Source of the DNA: Tubulanus polymorphus
Taxonomy: Eukaryota; Animalia; Nemertea
Reading direction: 5' to 3'
NCBI RefSeq assembly: GCF_964204645.1
Contig: NC_134031.1
Location: forward strand, 9,672,001 to 9,736,000
DNA: 64,000 bases
Numbering within the stretch: the first letter of the stretch is position 1; each line of letters starts with the position of its first letter. Shown here piece after piece: positions 14,610 to 28,134 of the stretch. Both the position numbers and the translations under genes were made by a program. The notes below the pieces were generated by a model that saw nothing but the letters and a program-made list of their open reading frames with translations, was not told where the DNA came from and ran no database searches.

Positions 14610-17600
14610 CTAAATTTCAAACCGCAATCCAAATCCAAAGTTAATTATTGACTAGAAAAACAATGACACGGATCAATATCAGAATATTTTAGATTTACAT
14701 TTCTAAATCTTTCAAATATATCAGATAATAATACTACATTCGGTTTCAAACATAAATCTACTAATTCGCCATGATTTTTCATTCTAAAATGATTCCAAAT
14801 ATTTATGTTCTATTAAAAACTTCATCTTTTAAATCTTAATTTTTTGATTCATCATAGAATTGTTCTTTTAATGATATCGTAATTTTAAAATCATTATGCA
14901 ATTTATAAAAAGAATATGGAATCACACCTTTATATCTCATTAATTGAAAATCATTATCATTTGGATAATATTCTTTTAAGATTTTAATTCATCAACAACT
15001 AATGATTTTGAACAATTATCTGAAACTATGAATCTTAAGCATCCAAATATTAAAGATATATAACTTTCAGCTGTTTTAGCTAGCATGTTAAATGTATAAG
15101 TTGGTATATTGACACCATCTTTTGGTCTTTTTGAATTTAGAGTTTCTATTTCATTATCAATTTTTTCTATTTCATGACATAGCTGTTTGATAAATAAATG
15201 TGCATTATAACCTGATAAACTATGAAATATAACTGGAACAAAATTAATTTTCTTAGCTTGCAAATTACAATTCTCATATGCTGCACGTCTGAATCTGCCA
15301 TTTAAATGATCATGATCTCCAACTTTTTTATCATAAAAATTAGATATCTTTTCACAATAATAACAATTATCTGCTGCATGATTAAAATCTTCTTCATCAC
15401 CTTTTGTCGTATTATTTCTATATTTGTATCTAGTAGTTTACTTAATTTCATTTCATATTCAAATATAGCTGCAAAGCAGCGATAACGGGTTTTCTGGATG
15501 CATGTGATCGAAAGGAAAAATTAATTACCGGGTATTCGATGGAAAAAGTAAAATGAGATGATCTGGATATTATCGGAGCAATCCTCTTTTTGGTTGAATG
15601 GTCTAACCCCAGTATAGTCCCCCGTGATTTGGAAATTCTCGGAGCCCTCCTTTATTTACTTACTAAATGACGTCACAAACTGTTATTTCGCCGGTGCTTG
15701 TTGTCTAACAATTCAATTCAATTCTTTATTTACAGTAACCTAATAAGTAATTTTAAGTTTCAAATAGGATGGAAAGTACATTCAGACAATCTGTTGGTTC
15801 AGAGAGACCGTTATTACAGTATCAATTTATACATTTCATTTCGAAGCTGTCAGTTGCCGAATCTGAATGAAGATGAATTTTATTTGACGAAATCGGCGGA
15901 AAATATATAATAATTATAATCAACAGAATTTCAAGAGGGTTTTCGACGAAAGTCAGAAAACCCTAATTAACAAGTCAAGAAATAACATTATCAGATCTAT
16001 AATTATGATATTCACTTTTAATTAGATAATTTAACTGGATAATCAGATTTAATAAATAATCTGGAAGCTGCTGCACTTCGATGAATCTTTTTAATAGTAC
16101 TTGATATTTGGGGATCAGAATAATAAACTCCATCTGAATTAGAATTCAAATCATGACTTTTATAATATATTTCTTTTCTATCTCGATCAGTTAATTCCTT
16201 ATTCAATGATCAGAAATCACCATATATTACAAATGGTACTTTAGTCTTGTAATCATACTTTTTAAATTCTAATTCATTATCTTTTTATGTTGATGAAATT
16301 AATTTGCAATAGTCACGATTATCACATAATTGTTTTTTATTTAAGAATGCTCTTTCGTTACTGATTTTATGTAAACACTTTTTTCATAGATATATTGTAC
16401 TATCGAAATCAGAATATGATCTAAAAAAGTTCAATTTGTTTTATCCACATTTAATGATTTTCATAATATAATATATCTATAACATCAGTTTTATCATAAT
16501 CGTTTGATAAATATAAAGATTCCAATGTATATTCTTTAATGTTATAACCTTTTGCATTTGTTAATTTACTTAAATCAAATACATTTATTTCTAAATTATT
16601 ATATCTTTCTATTATTGGAATATCTTCAATTTCAACAGGGTACATATTCATTCTATAATTATTTTCAAATTGCTTATAATGAGTTTATCTACAAATATTA
16701 TCAGTTGCAGGATGTAGTGAACTAATAATTGCCCATAGAAAACATCTATAATCTTCATTATATACATTAATTACTGCATTAGTTTTAAATGGTAATTAGA
16801 TATAACTTGATGCATTATATCTGGACCTTTATGATATGATAAATTATCTTATCAGATATATATCGATTTATTCAATTCATTTTTTTGTGTGTGTTATAAA
16901 TATGTAATGTCATTAGTATTATTTCATCTAACACTAGACCAGATGTTTAATAATATTTCTCTTCAATTTCTCTTCAATTTTCGTTTTTAATTCAATATAA
17001 CATATATTCAATTTCTCATATATATATGCTGTTTCGATATAGTATGTTGTGAATGAGAATTTAAATTATATACAAGTTTATCTTCAGATTTTTAGATATA
17101 ACTTAAGCAGATATACTAACTTTAGGTTATTCTACATCTGCAATTATATTCATCATATTTTCCATAATTTCTAAAAAAATATTAAATTGTTCTAAAGACT
17201 TAATTCTATGAAATCTAAATTCAATAGCAGATGGACCTATATAGCTTTTGAATACTCTAGTTATTTCAATATCTTTCTTAATATCTGATGAATTTATATA
17301 TAATCTTACATTTTCCATATGTGATTTCTTATTATTTAGAGTGTCTTCTATTCTTTTGATTGGGCTTTGTTTTTCATTATCATCATTATCAAAATAATCT
17401 TCGCCTAAAATATCATTATTAATATTTCTAATATGATTTTTAGATTTTAAATGTTGTTTATAATAATCTTGTTACTGAATGATTGATTACAAGTATCACA
17501 TTTATATATTTCTTTTTCATTCTTTAATTCTTCTAATTTAGTTTCTAATATATCATCTATATATTCTAATTTCAATTTATTTTCTAAGTGAGATTTAGTA

Positions 17601-17677
17601 TTATTATGTCTCGCTTTTTGAGATTTACCTACATTAATTTTACATGTTGAACAGAAGTACTTCTTATCTGCTTCCAT
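14610..17677 (-). pseudogene. polB: Degraded protein-primed PolB (subtype B) in a host intron
   Basis: ORFs 17447, 17127, 16451, 16018 and 14976 align in order with 62715-63857 and 59001-61490 (AKKINFVPVIFH.LSGY.AHLFIKQL). Unrelated insert at about 15470-15980. Confidence 0.85.
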
Positions 17678-17739
17678 TTTTATAACAATTTTTTTATTAA
17701 AATTGATTTCATTTTATTCGACATCTATATCATGACATC

Positions 17740-19132
17740 CTTTTTAGCCCACTTGGGACTTTAGTCCCAGCGGGCTATTTCGTTCACTTTTCGTCCGTCG
17801 TCCGTCCGTCCGTAGACGGAATACAGTTATTTTGGGAAGTTTTGAAGACGCTTCTAGGTTATGTCTTGATATTTGGTTTATACATGTATCTACCCTAGAC
17901 ACATCTTCAGCCCAAAAACTGTCAGATTTAAGATGGCCGACTGGCAGCCATTGTTGTTCGCCAAAATCAGCACTTTTTACACATTTTCGAAGTTTACAAG
18001 GTAAATTTTGAAGACGCTTTGATCAATTACCTTGATCTTTCGATTATATTTGAATCTACCAATCTATCATCAGCATAAGAAAAATTGGGTCGATCTGACT
18101 CAAGATGGCCGTCCTATGACCTTTTTAGTGCCCAAAAATGTCAATTATGGCCAGAATTCTAGGTCCTGTAGCTTCCTACCGGTTGCCATTTCTCATTGCA
18201 ATTTGTGATGGGTATTCTTTGTAAAGGGATGTTTTATACATGAGACAGGTATTTTTGATCCGCTATTGGCGGCCATTTTGGTGTCATCAGTACTCATTCG
18301 TAGGTGGGAAAAAGTTTTTCCACATTAAATTGATACCTAAGCAGATTGTGTTACTATATTCAATTGGAGCCCATAACGTGTTCTATGATTTTTGTGAGTT
18401 TCAAGGTCATTGGTTTTTGTATATGGCCACCAGGGGGCGTTGAATAATACAATAACTTAGTATTTCTATATTATATTTGTACCTATGCATATTTTGTTAC
18501 CACAATCAATTGCAAAGTTGTAGCTCATCAAATTTTCCATGATATTGGTGAGTTTTAAGGACATTAGTTATTCTATATGGTCACCAGGCGGCGTTGAATA
18601 GTAGAATAACTTAGTATTTCCTTATTAGATTGGTACCTAGGCATATTTTGTCACCATGATCAATTGCAAAGTTGTAGTTCATGACATTGTCTATGATTGT
18701 GGTGAGTTTTTAAGGACATAAGTTATTCCATATAGTCACCAGGGGGCCTTGAATAGTAGAATAGCTTAGTATTTCCTTATTAGATTTGTACCTAGGCATA
18801 TTTTGTTACCATGATCAATGGCAAAGTTGTATTTCATGACATGTACTACGATTGTGGTGAGTTTTAAAGTCATTGGGTTTTGCATATGGTCACCAGGGAG
18901 CCTTGAATAGTAGAATGACTTAGTATTTCCATATTAAATTGGTAACGAGTCAAATTTTGTTATCACAATCAATTACAAAATCATAGCTGCTGACATGTTC
19001 TATGATTGTGGTGGGTTTCAAGGTGATTGGTTTCTTTATATGGTCACTAGGTGGCGTTTTGTATTGAAATTGTTAGATTGTTGAGCATTTGAAACCACTT
19101 CCCAAGTGGGCATGGTGTCCCTGGACCCCTAG
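17740..19132 (+). mobile_element. Helentron-associated non-autonomous element (HINE/DINE-1 type)
   Basis: Starts TTTTTAGCCCACTTGGGA, followed by a (GTCC)n microsatellite and an internal tandem array. Ends with the inverted sub-TIR TCCCAAGTGGGC and a short hairpin. The same 3' end recurs at 13896-13919. Confidence 0.7.
18340..19060. repeat. About 154-bp tandem repeat (4-5 units) inside the HINE
   Basis: CACCAGG-type anchor at 18428, 18582, 18737, 18891 and 19045. Confidence 0.85.
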
Positions 19133-19542
19133 TTCATTCTTACCTATATAAATGAAATAGAAATCACCAGAACACAATTATTCAATATCTTCAATAGATG
19201 ATCAATGAATTCTGTTTGGTAAATACGTTCTGAATTTATATCCATTTCCTTTAAATCCTTCATATTTCTAAATGAAGTACTAATTTATTACCATTTAGTA
19301 ATTGTTTCAATATTTGTAATTAATATTTCTTATAGATTGTTAGTTAACTTGTTAACTTTTTAAATTTGTAATCTAGTGATTTGGCATTAATTTTGTAGTA
19401 TCTTTAATACCAGCTAGAAATGATTTGTTATTCTCACTGTGTACTTGATTACTCTATATCAATTATACAAATTTTATATTAAAATTGATTTTCGAAATAC
19501 CAAATTTCATAAATATGATGTTCATAGATATGAACTTATTAG

Positions 19543-19669
19543 AGTAATAGGGAATGTCTTGTTTCAAATCAAAGATCGAAATGAGTGAAAATGAAAAATA
19601 AAAGAAATAATTCTAATTTTTTATTTTTTGAATTTGACCGTTAATTTGAAACGAGACATTCCCTATTTT
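19543..19669 (-). repeat. Terminal palindrome of the Polinton-like copy B
   Basis: AGTAATAGGGAATGTCTTGTTTCAAAT ... ATTTGAAACGAGACATTCCCTAT inverted arms. Confidence 0.75.
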
Positions 19670-19681
19670 ATCTTATTACAG

Positions 19682-19750
19682 AACAATCCAGGGAAGTCGA
19701 ATCTCTGTCATAGAGCCATACGCATTCGGTGATGTCAATGTTTTTACAAT
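19682..19750 (+). CDS. LGR1: LRR exon of the glycoprotein hormone receptor-like gene
   Basis: ttacag|69 nt|gtaagt. Encodes TIQGSRISVIEPYAFGDVNVFT (IxxxAF LRR signature). Phase 2. Confidence 0.8.
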
Positions 19751-20398
19751 GTAAGTGGTTTATCTATGTCGTGATTTATTTTTGTATGGAATGCATTCCG
19801 AAATGTTTGGTTTTACGTTATCAGTTTGTAAAAAAAAATATTGCCAATTTTGGTTCATAAGAAAAAATTTTCGTAGCAAAAACGTACAACTATACACCTA
19901 ATTTGTTGACCAATTTTAAGTATGGTATACGACGAAAATAGTGCAGATATTCATGCGCATGAGTTTATAATATATTTATAATCATAGTAGAGTCATAATA
20001 TACACAGGTGTAACTTTTTTACACCCAGTCCTACGCCACACAAGGTCTACACGTTGACTGGTCAACTGACATGTGACTGAGCGGAAGTGGGATACACTAG
20101 TTAAACAGGTTTGCAGGTCTACGAGCATACACTACGATCAAGGGGTGGACACAAGGTCTACAGGTTGACTAGTTAAATGGGTACCATGCGATATTACCTC
20201 GATATGCTTTTCTAGATAAAAGATGCACCTAATTGTTGGCTATTGTTTGTGATGAATACCACTTCATTTTAACATGTCCATTCTTTGGATCCTCGAGATT
20301 TCTAGGGCGCACGGGTTCCTTCTCAGAGCCCGCTTGTCTATATATCGAACGAATCAAGGACGTTTTTTTCGGCGCAACGTTTGCTTTTTAAATACCAC

Positions 20399-21865
20399 AG
20401 TAATAGGGATAATAGGGGTTCAAGCCAAAGGTCGAAAGGTCGAAAAATAAATTCTTCCACACTCGAATTTATTTTTCGACCTATCAACCTTTGACCTGAA
20501 CCCCTATTATCCCTATTACTCCAAATAATTTCATATAAATGAACAATATTTAAATGAATTTCATATATTTTAAAATAAATTTCATGTTTTAAAAGTGAGA
20601 GTAAAATGTTAGCATAATAATCTAGAAAAATAAGATCAAATATAGATTTCGAATAATAAAAAATCAATTTTTAACGTAAAAAGTGTGAGTAAAGTGTGAG
20701 TGAAATAAATTCATATTTAAAATAGTGAATATTCATATTTAAATGCGTTAAATTCGTATTCTAAGAATAAAAGTAACGAGTCATTAACGAGTTGAAGAAA
20801 ATATCAATTTTAATAAAAAGAATTACTTATAAATGAATGAACAGATACTACAGTTCAAAGATATCGATTTAAATGAATTAGAAAAATATTTTAAAATTAG
20901 AAATTTTATTCCAATAAAGATTTGATTAAAACTGGACGTTTCCGTTTTCAAGTGAAAAATATTACTGAATTAATATTTAAAAATCACTATCTAATAATAG
21001 AGTTATCGAATGATAAAGATAAAATCATATTCAATACAATAATTCCAAAATTCACAACATTTGATGAAATAGATCAACATTTAATAATTACAGATGAAAT
21101 ACTATCCCTTTTTAATAATGAAAATTCACATAAATCTTTATTTCTACACTTACGTTATTGCCCTTTCATAGAATGCTATGTAATGTTTTTCAGAGTAGAA
21201 GAAAAAAGATTAATAAAAGAGCACGCTCAAAAAAGGGGTGCATCTGCTGGATTTGGATTAAGACTTATGAAAAGTGATAGCTCTGATAAAGTAAGAATAA
21301 AATTAGGCAATGAAGATCAACATCAATTTCTAGTTAAAAAACCTTTAGCTAAAATTGTAGGAATTAAACCAGATGTAAGGATACGTAATGCTGATGCTAC
21401 ACCAAACTTAATACCCTTAACACACTTTTATATTTATTGCAATTTAATTGATCCTACTAATAAGGGTAAAAAAACTATTTTAAAGCGTAAGGTTTCAGCG
21501 AACTCTAACTCTTTTTGAATTTTAACTTATTTTAATAAAAATTTGATATATAAATGTGCTCAAAGTTAATTAAAGTTCCTGCGAAAGAAATGAATAACAA
21601 ATACATAAATTCAATATTGTATTATTTAACTGCTAATAATAATTTAGCTGACATTTCAGGAGTAAATATAAATAAGTATTAAAATCGGATAAAAATGAAT
21701 TAATTGGAACGTCAGATCTATTTTGCGATAATACAATGCTATATAAATCATGTTAGAACAAGAAATTATTAATGAAAATAGAACAACTTTTCTAACGTTA
21801 ATCAGAGAAAGATAACACATTATGATATAAAAGAATGTTTTAATCAAGGAAATATTATATTGGAT
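20399..21865 (+). mobile_element. Deleted Polinton-like remnant (copy C) in a host intron
   Basis: 122-bp terminal palindrome at 20399-20520 and AAAGTGTGAGT iterons. ORF 20922-21518 ends in a minor-capsid fragment (THFYIYCNLIDPT). 21200-21865 is nearly identical to 28410-29070. Confidence 0.8.
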
Positions 21866-22876
21866 ATATCGGGTGGCCCCGAGCCATACATGTCCAGGAA
21901 TGGCACTTGACAGAAAACACAGAATTCCAGAATTTCTCGGTTTTTCTAAAATGCAGAAAAAAATCTTGTATTCTTAAGCTCCGGAAAACTTCTGGAAAAC
22001 AGAAAATGTCTGCAGAAAGTATTCACTAGCTAGGAGGTGGAGGGGGGCGTCACAGAATACCAGCAAATTCTGATTTTAGGTTCTTGGAAACCAGTATTGT
22101 TGCTGTGTAAGTAAGTAACTAAGTAAAAAATGTTTGTTCTGAAAATTAACTGCTGTCGCTATTAAGATATATAAGAGGGTCCCTAGAGTTAGTACCATGC
22201 ACCTGATTGCTAACTACACAGTGCGTCAGGGCCCAGTTTCATAGACTGGCATCATCTTCAGCCCACTGGTTAACTCAACTGAAAATGAATTGAGTTAGCC
22301 CAAGAGTGAAAGTTAATTCCAGTCTTTAAAACCGGGCACTGGATTTCATTTGTTTTTGTGCTCGGAAGTAAATTGTACACAGTTGATCCTACTGGACCCA
22401 TTTCGGGACTAAAGGACCAAAAATTGGTATAATTTTATTCATTATACAGGCTGGGAGAGTATCAAAACGTTGTGCTATGAGTGAAACATAAACGGCACAA
22501 ATAGGGACAACGCAATTAACCTAACGAAATGCATCAACTTCCATTAAATAACGTTGTATAAACGTGCCAGGGAAATCCAAAAAATATCCATTTCGATCGT
22601 AGAATTTCGTTGGAATATTCAGTGAATTCCACAAAAGACACCACGATTATTTCTTCATCCGTCAATGAATCGGAGATACAATGGTCATGTTGAAAATATC
22701 AAATCGGACGTATAATTAGCTAAACAGCGGAACATTTCCTTTCGTTTAATCCATAGATTTTTATTTCGGACATATTTCTTCGGCCCTTTCAGCTAGCACG
22801 TGGTGATAACCATATTGCGAAGTTAAACAGTTAGTCTAAAATGTATGTCTTAAACTGTATACTCGACTCATTGCAG

Positions 22877-22945
22877 ACATATTGAAGGAAACTCGTTGCG
22901 ACGTATTGAAAATCATGCATTCTCGGGATCGGTGATATATGATAT
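22877..22945 (+). CDS. LGR1: LRR exon of the glycoprotein hormone receptor-like gene
   Basis: ttgcag|69 nt|gtaagt. Encodes HIEGNSLRRIENHAFSGSVIYD. Phase 2. Confidence 0.85.
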
Positions 22946-23582
22946 GTAAGTTATTTTTCTGGACTGCTGGTAACCTATCATTTTTCCTCTATCAAATGCC
23001 CTTTCATCCCAGTGGAGCCTGGGCCAAAGGTTGCAATCGCCAAAATACTCAGTGTCATTCTTTTGCAAATAAAACTTTTTCTAAAGTATGTAATGATTAG
23101 AAACTCGCATACTTCTGAAAAACAACCGGTAAGTAAGTCATCATCAACTAAATTCAATATGGCCAAATGATTTCTTCAGAAAGCTGTTCTTTCATTTTTG
23201 AGCTTTCAGTTGCGCTCGTCCGCGCTCTACAAATAGCGGTGATTTGTAAGATTCTAACAAAATCTATTTGGGTTATTGTTTAATCCCTCATGGTTGTTAT
23301 TCCATGATTTAACTACTTGTTATGCAAAATTTACAATATTAGTAGTTTGAGCCGATGTAAAACTACGGTAGTTTTTTCAAAGTAATGAAATAGTCCCGTA
23401 GGTACGTTATTTCTATTTTCTACACTGCGTATCTGTCGCCTGCCGACTGTTCACGGGACGCAAAAGAAGGTTTACAACTGGTCGAGTGACGCCGTTATTA
23501 CCTTTTTTCAGACGCATCTGCCTAAGAGTACAATTACTTAGTTATTGCATTACATCTATTATCCTGCATTTCGATATTTCAG

Positions 23583-23657
23583 AGATTTACATCAGAATCC
23601 AAATCTCCATTTCCTCGGTGAGTATGCCTTCGAGAATGTTTCCGGTCTGCATTCACT
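23583..23657 (+). CDS. LGR1: LRR exon of the glycoprotein hormone receptor-like gene
   Basis: tttcag|75 nt|gtaagt. Encodes DLHQNPNLHFLGEYAFENVSGLHS. Followed by an 80-nt intron. Confidence 0.85.
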
Positions 23658-23737
23658 GTAAGTAATGAAATTTAGATTTGCATCATAAATTGGTTGACGT
23701 CTCGTTTGTATGAAAATATATCTTGTTTATATAACAG

Positions 23738-25481
23738 GACATTATCTCGAACTAGTATTGTTCGCCTACCATCAGCGGGACTTGAGAACTTGGAAGAATT
23801 GGTAATCGAACGAACGTATACACTAAGATCTCTGCCATCCGTGATCCATTTTTCCAAGATGAAGCGAGCTCGATTAACATTCGCTAGTCATTGTTGTGCA
23901 TTCAAGAATCCAGAAAAACAGAATGAACATGAATTTAGGATGTTCATGAACAAGCAAGCGAAATTGTATAGAAACTGCAAGAGTGATACAATTGTTGACC
24001 CACCTGGAATCATTTGGAATGACGTAGCACACACGGCAATACCAACCGTTGTGATACCCCCTCCAAATTGTAGTGATAACAGACATGTTTTCCCGGGGTT
24101 CAAGTTAGATTGTACACCGCAGCCAAACGAATTCAATCCTTGTGAAGATGTCATGGGGTATGAATGGCTTCGGGTTTTTGTCTGGTTCGTTGTACTGATC
24201 TCGTTACTTGCAAATCTGTTCGTCCTTTTCGTTATGATCGCACATCGTAGTAAGATTAATGTGTCAAAGTTTCTGATGTCCAATTTGGCATTTGCTGATT
24301 TCAACATGGGCGTTTATTTGCTAATGCTTGCATGCATCGACATTCGAACACTCGGCGAGTATTTCAACTTTGCTATTGGATGGCAGTACAAAGGTGGCTG
24401 TCAAGCTGCAGGTTTTATTACTGTATTTGCCAGTGAATTGTCCATATTTACTTTAACGGTGATCACACTTGAACGCTGGTATGCCATTAGCCACGCAATC
24501 CATCTCACGAAACGTCTCAAAATGTCACAAGCTACAATACTGATGATATTTGGATGGTTTTTTGCTTTGACGATGGCAATTCTACCATTATTCGGTATTA
24601 GTGACTACGGTAGTACAAGTATGTGTTTGCCTTTTAAAACAGAAACGCCACTTGATAACGCTTATGTGGCCGGTCTTTTGGTGATTAACGGAATTGCATT
24701 TTGTATAATTGCCATGTGTTACATTAGCATGTACTGGCAAGTCAGGGGTAATAATACTACCGCTCGGAGTAGTGATGCCACTATTGCCAAACGAATGGCT
24801 TTGCTAGTACTAACCAATTTTGCGTGCTGGGCACCGATAGCATTTTTCGCACTTACTGCCATGCGAGGGTTGCTGCTTATAAACATACGCAATTCTAAGA
24901 TATTATTGGTATTCTTTTATCCATTGAATTCCATGACAAATCCATTTTTATATGCTATTTTCACCAAACAGTTCAGAAAAGATCTATTCGATATTACTGG
25001 TCAGCGGTGCAAGCGACGCACAGCGGCGCAAAGAGATCATTCTCAATCCGGGGCCCCCCTCAGAATTTCTACAGTTGGCCGTGGCAGCACTAGCGGACAG
25101 CAGTCGAATACATTCCCTGTTAGACATTCCTCGGATGGTTCCGTACTAACTCAGTATACAGATACGAAACTGGCGACCAATTTGACAGTAACGACAAAGC
25201 AAGTGCAACAGGCATCTCCTAAAGGTACCCCAAAGATGGCACATAAAATACTGCCAGTCAACAATCAAAATATACCCCCATTTTCTATAGCTTTAGAGAG
25301 TTTTATAGGAAACAGGAAGCTTAGTGTAGTACCTGAAACGGGTAGCGATAAAGAGAATTCTTCGGATCAAGAAGAAATGAAATGTTTTTTAGCCACAAAA
25401 ACACATTCACAAACGAACACAGAATTAGAGATGTTACGGAGAGATACACCAATCAATGGTGTCCTAATGGTATGGACCTAG
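23738..25481 (+). CDS. LGR1: Terminal exon of a type A LGR (glycoprotein hormone receptor, FSHR/TSHR/LHCGR/LGR1-like): last LRRs, hinge, 7TM, C-tail
   Basis: Acceptor ataacag|G. Hinge SHCCAF...FNPCEDVMGY, FLMSNLAFADF, ERW in TM3, IAKRMALLVLTNFACWAP, NPFLYAIFT. Symbol assigned by family type, not by phylogeny. Confidence 0.95.
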
Positions 25482-27325
25482 AGGGCCTGTATAAACTAAT
25501 GAGACATCGGATCTATGACTTTCGCAGTTGATAGGCTTCAAGGTTATGGAAAAATTTTGTTAAATAACTTTCCGAATCCATTTAAATTCTGATATCTCCG
25601 TGAGAAAGATAATGAAGCTTAAAGAGCAAATGCTGTCAACATTGAGCTTACCGCAATTTGTAACCAGAAAAAAACTTTAGTATATATATTACGACCTGAG
25701 ATCTGACTTATCGAAAAAAAGTATCTCTAATTAGCCGTAATTAGTCATTTATTTATCCTTCACTCCGTGCATATAGTTCACATACAACCCGCACGGTGGC
25801 GCTATTTATGATGTTATCTATGACAATCAACACAAACACGTGCGCGCGCTAGAACTCGTACGGTAGCCTATGTATAATCGATCAAATGAACATCATTTGA
25901 CCTCCAGCGCAACTCACTAATATTCACTTATCACGGTAGCAACTGTATACAATGGTTAGAGTTTATTAATTCAAATCACTCCCAAAACGATAAAATATCG
26001 CATGAAATGTCTAGTGGACTGACTGGAAGCTGTGAGCATTTGTCAGAGATGACGTCAGAAACACGCACCTGCTAACATAAACAATATCAGCGAGCACGTG
26101 CTTAAATTGCCGATCTAAAAGTCGTATTCCTAACTAAAATTCAAACCAGTTGCATATTTAATATTTGTGAATACATCACATTTGAAAATGAAATTTTAAA
26201 ATGAACACAATGTTCTATTCTGATGGTATTTGATCTTTAACCGACTTATCAGACCTATTACAAACAATGCTAAAAATTATCAAAAACTTGTTCACTAATT
26301 TGACGTTGTTGAAATCGTGTACATGTGTGTAGAACCAATATATTTCTGTCAGCAAGTAGATGTTTGGACAGACTGTGCTTAATGGTGATTTAGTAGTATA
26401 TGTCTCATTGTTTTGTTATTTTCCATAATGTGTTGCCAAAAAGATACGACAAATAAATAGAATTCGATTAACATCGTGTAGTCTGGAACTAGTATTCTGG
26501 GAAGGCCTACTTTCTTTCATCGTCCGACCTTATGCGGAATAGAGAGACTTCACTGCAACGATCACGTGCTGTTAGAAATATTGACTAAAAATCCTGGCAG
26601 CAAAGTTGACTAGAAAAATATGTGAAATTACAATCAACTTTGCTGCCAGAATTTTGTAGTTAATTTACAGACAGATTTTGTAAACATTACAACTTTTTCC
26701 AGTCAACTTTGCTTCCACGAATTTTTTTAAAGAAAATTTACAATATCTAATTCCATTTTTCAAGATAAATCTGTAAATAAAACCAATCATTTTACACATA
26801 ACAATACAATTCGATGATTTATTCTAAGCAAATGGTCTTCTGCGTATCATCAGAAATAAAAAATTGAATTATTTCCTCACAAATTGTAGTTTAAATCAGC
26901 TTTCTGCCACACATGGCGTTAAGTTCGTTTCAGTTTAGTTCACATACTTGTTGTAAGATTAATCAATTAAGCACAAATGATTCCCTGTTTGATGACATTC
27001 AACGCAGTCTCAAATACGTATTTCGTGACTTTCTAAAATTGTATAAAAAATTGAACTAATTTTTAGTTCCTAAGAGTAAATGAGAATAGGGGGGTTTGAT
27101 AGCAGGGGCATGAGGCATGAGGAAGGTGGGTTTTGGGTAAAATGTTTGGTAAAATATCTTAGGTTATTTTTTACTACATGTATATAAATGGGGGATTTTA
27201 ATACACTTGAAAATTGCGATAGATTTTGCCATTTATGTAGATGAGTAAAGATAATTGATGACTTTTATACTAAGGTAAGAGATAAAAATATTAAGTGTAA
27301 ACTATGTACAGATAAAATATTCGAT

Positions 27326-27565
27326 ATGAAAAGATGCGTAGGATGTGGTGAATTAGAAAATTATTCAGAATTTTATAGAAGAAAAGGAAAAAATGATGGT
27401 TTACAATATAAATGTAAAATATGTACGCGTGAACTGCAAAAAGAATATGAAAGGATTAAACAATATGGAGATAATTTAAAGAGTTTAGATGAAGTAAATG
27501 AAAATGATAAATATTGTTATCAATGTAAGCAGTTATTTCAATTAATTTGTTTCAAAATTCAATAA
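27326..27565 (+). pseudogene. Fragment with the Cys4 zinc finger of the element HNH nuclease type
   Basis: KRCVGC...EFYRRK..NDGLQYKCKIC resembles the N-terminus of 44830-45498. Cut off by the terminus at 27591. Confidence 0.6.
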
Positions 27566-27763
27566 AAAACATCTAGAATTTGTAAATGTTAGTAATAGGG
27601 AATAAGTTGTTCTAGATCAAAGGTCGAGAGGTCAAGTGAGTAAAAAATGAAAAATAAATTCTCGCACACTCGAATTTATTTTTAATTTTTTACTCCTTAT
27701 TACTCTTAAAATATTAATCTAATAACTTCTAAAATCAATTTTAATAAAAAATATGTTATTAAA

Positions 27764-28120
27764 ATGGAGAGTAGTAAACAAGTACACAGTGAGAACAACA
27801 AACCATTTCTAGATAGAATAAAAGATATCACAAATGCTAAATCAGTAGATTATAAATTCAAGAAGTTAACGGAATTAATAATTCATAAGAAATATTTAAT
27901 TACAAATATTGATACAGTTACTAACAAATAATGAGATAAATTAGTTATTCACTTAAAATTTGAAGGATTGAAAGGAAATAAATATAAATTCAGAACATAT
28001 TTACCAGATAGATTTCATAGATTGTCAAGTGAAGATTAAGAAGAATTATGTTCAGGTGATTTCTATTTCATATATAAGGGTAAGAATGAAAAAGGGCACC
28101 ATGAAATAGATTTCGAATAA
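27764..28120 (+). pseudogene. Small broken ORF, possibly an OB-fold ssDNA-binding protein
   Basis: About 118 codons with in-frame stops: FKKLTEL...YLITNIDTVTNK...TYLPDRF...FIYKG. The fold is an inference from the pattern only. Confidence 0.35.
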
Positions 28121-28134
28121 AATATGTAAAATAA

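Noticed and set aside
22080-22106. 27-nt AG/GT-bounded candidate receptor micro-exon
   Set aside because: The flanking exons already join into a regular LRR series, and the peptide does not fit the repeat pattern.
23694-23737. ORF-track start of the 595-aa receptor ORF
   Set aside because: It lies in an 80-nt GT-AG intron (23658-23737); the exon starts at 23738.
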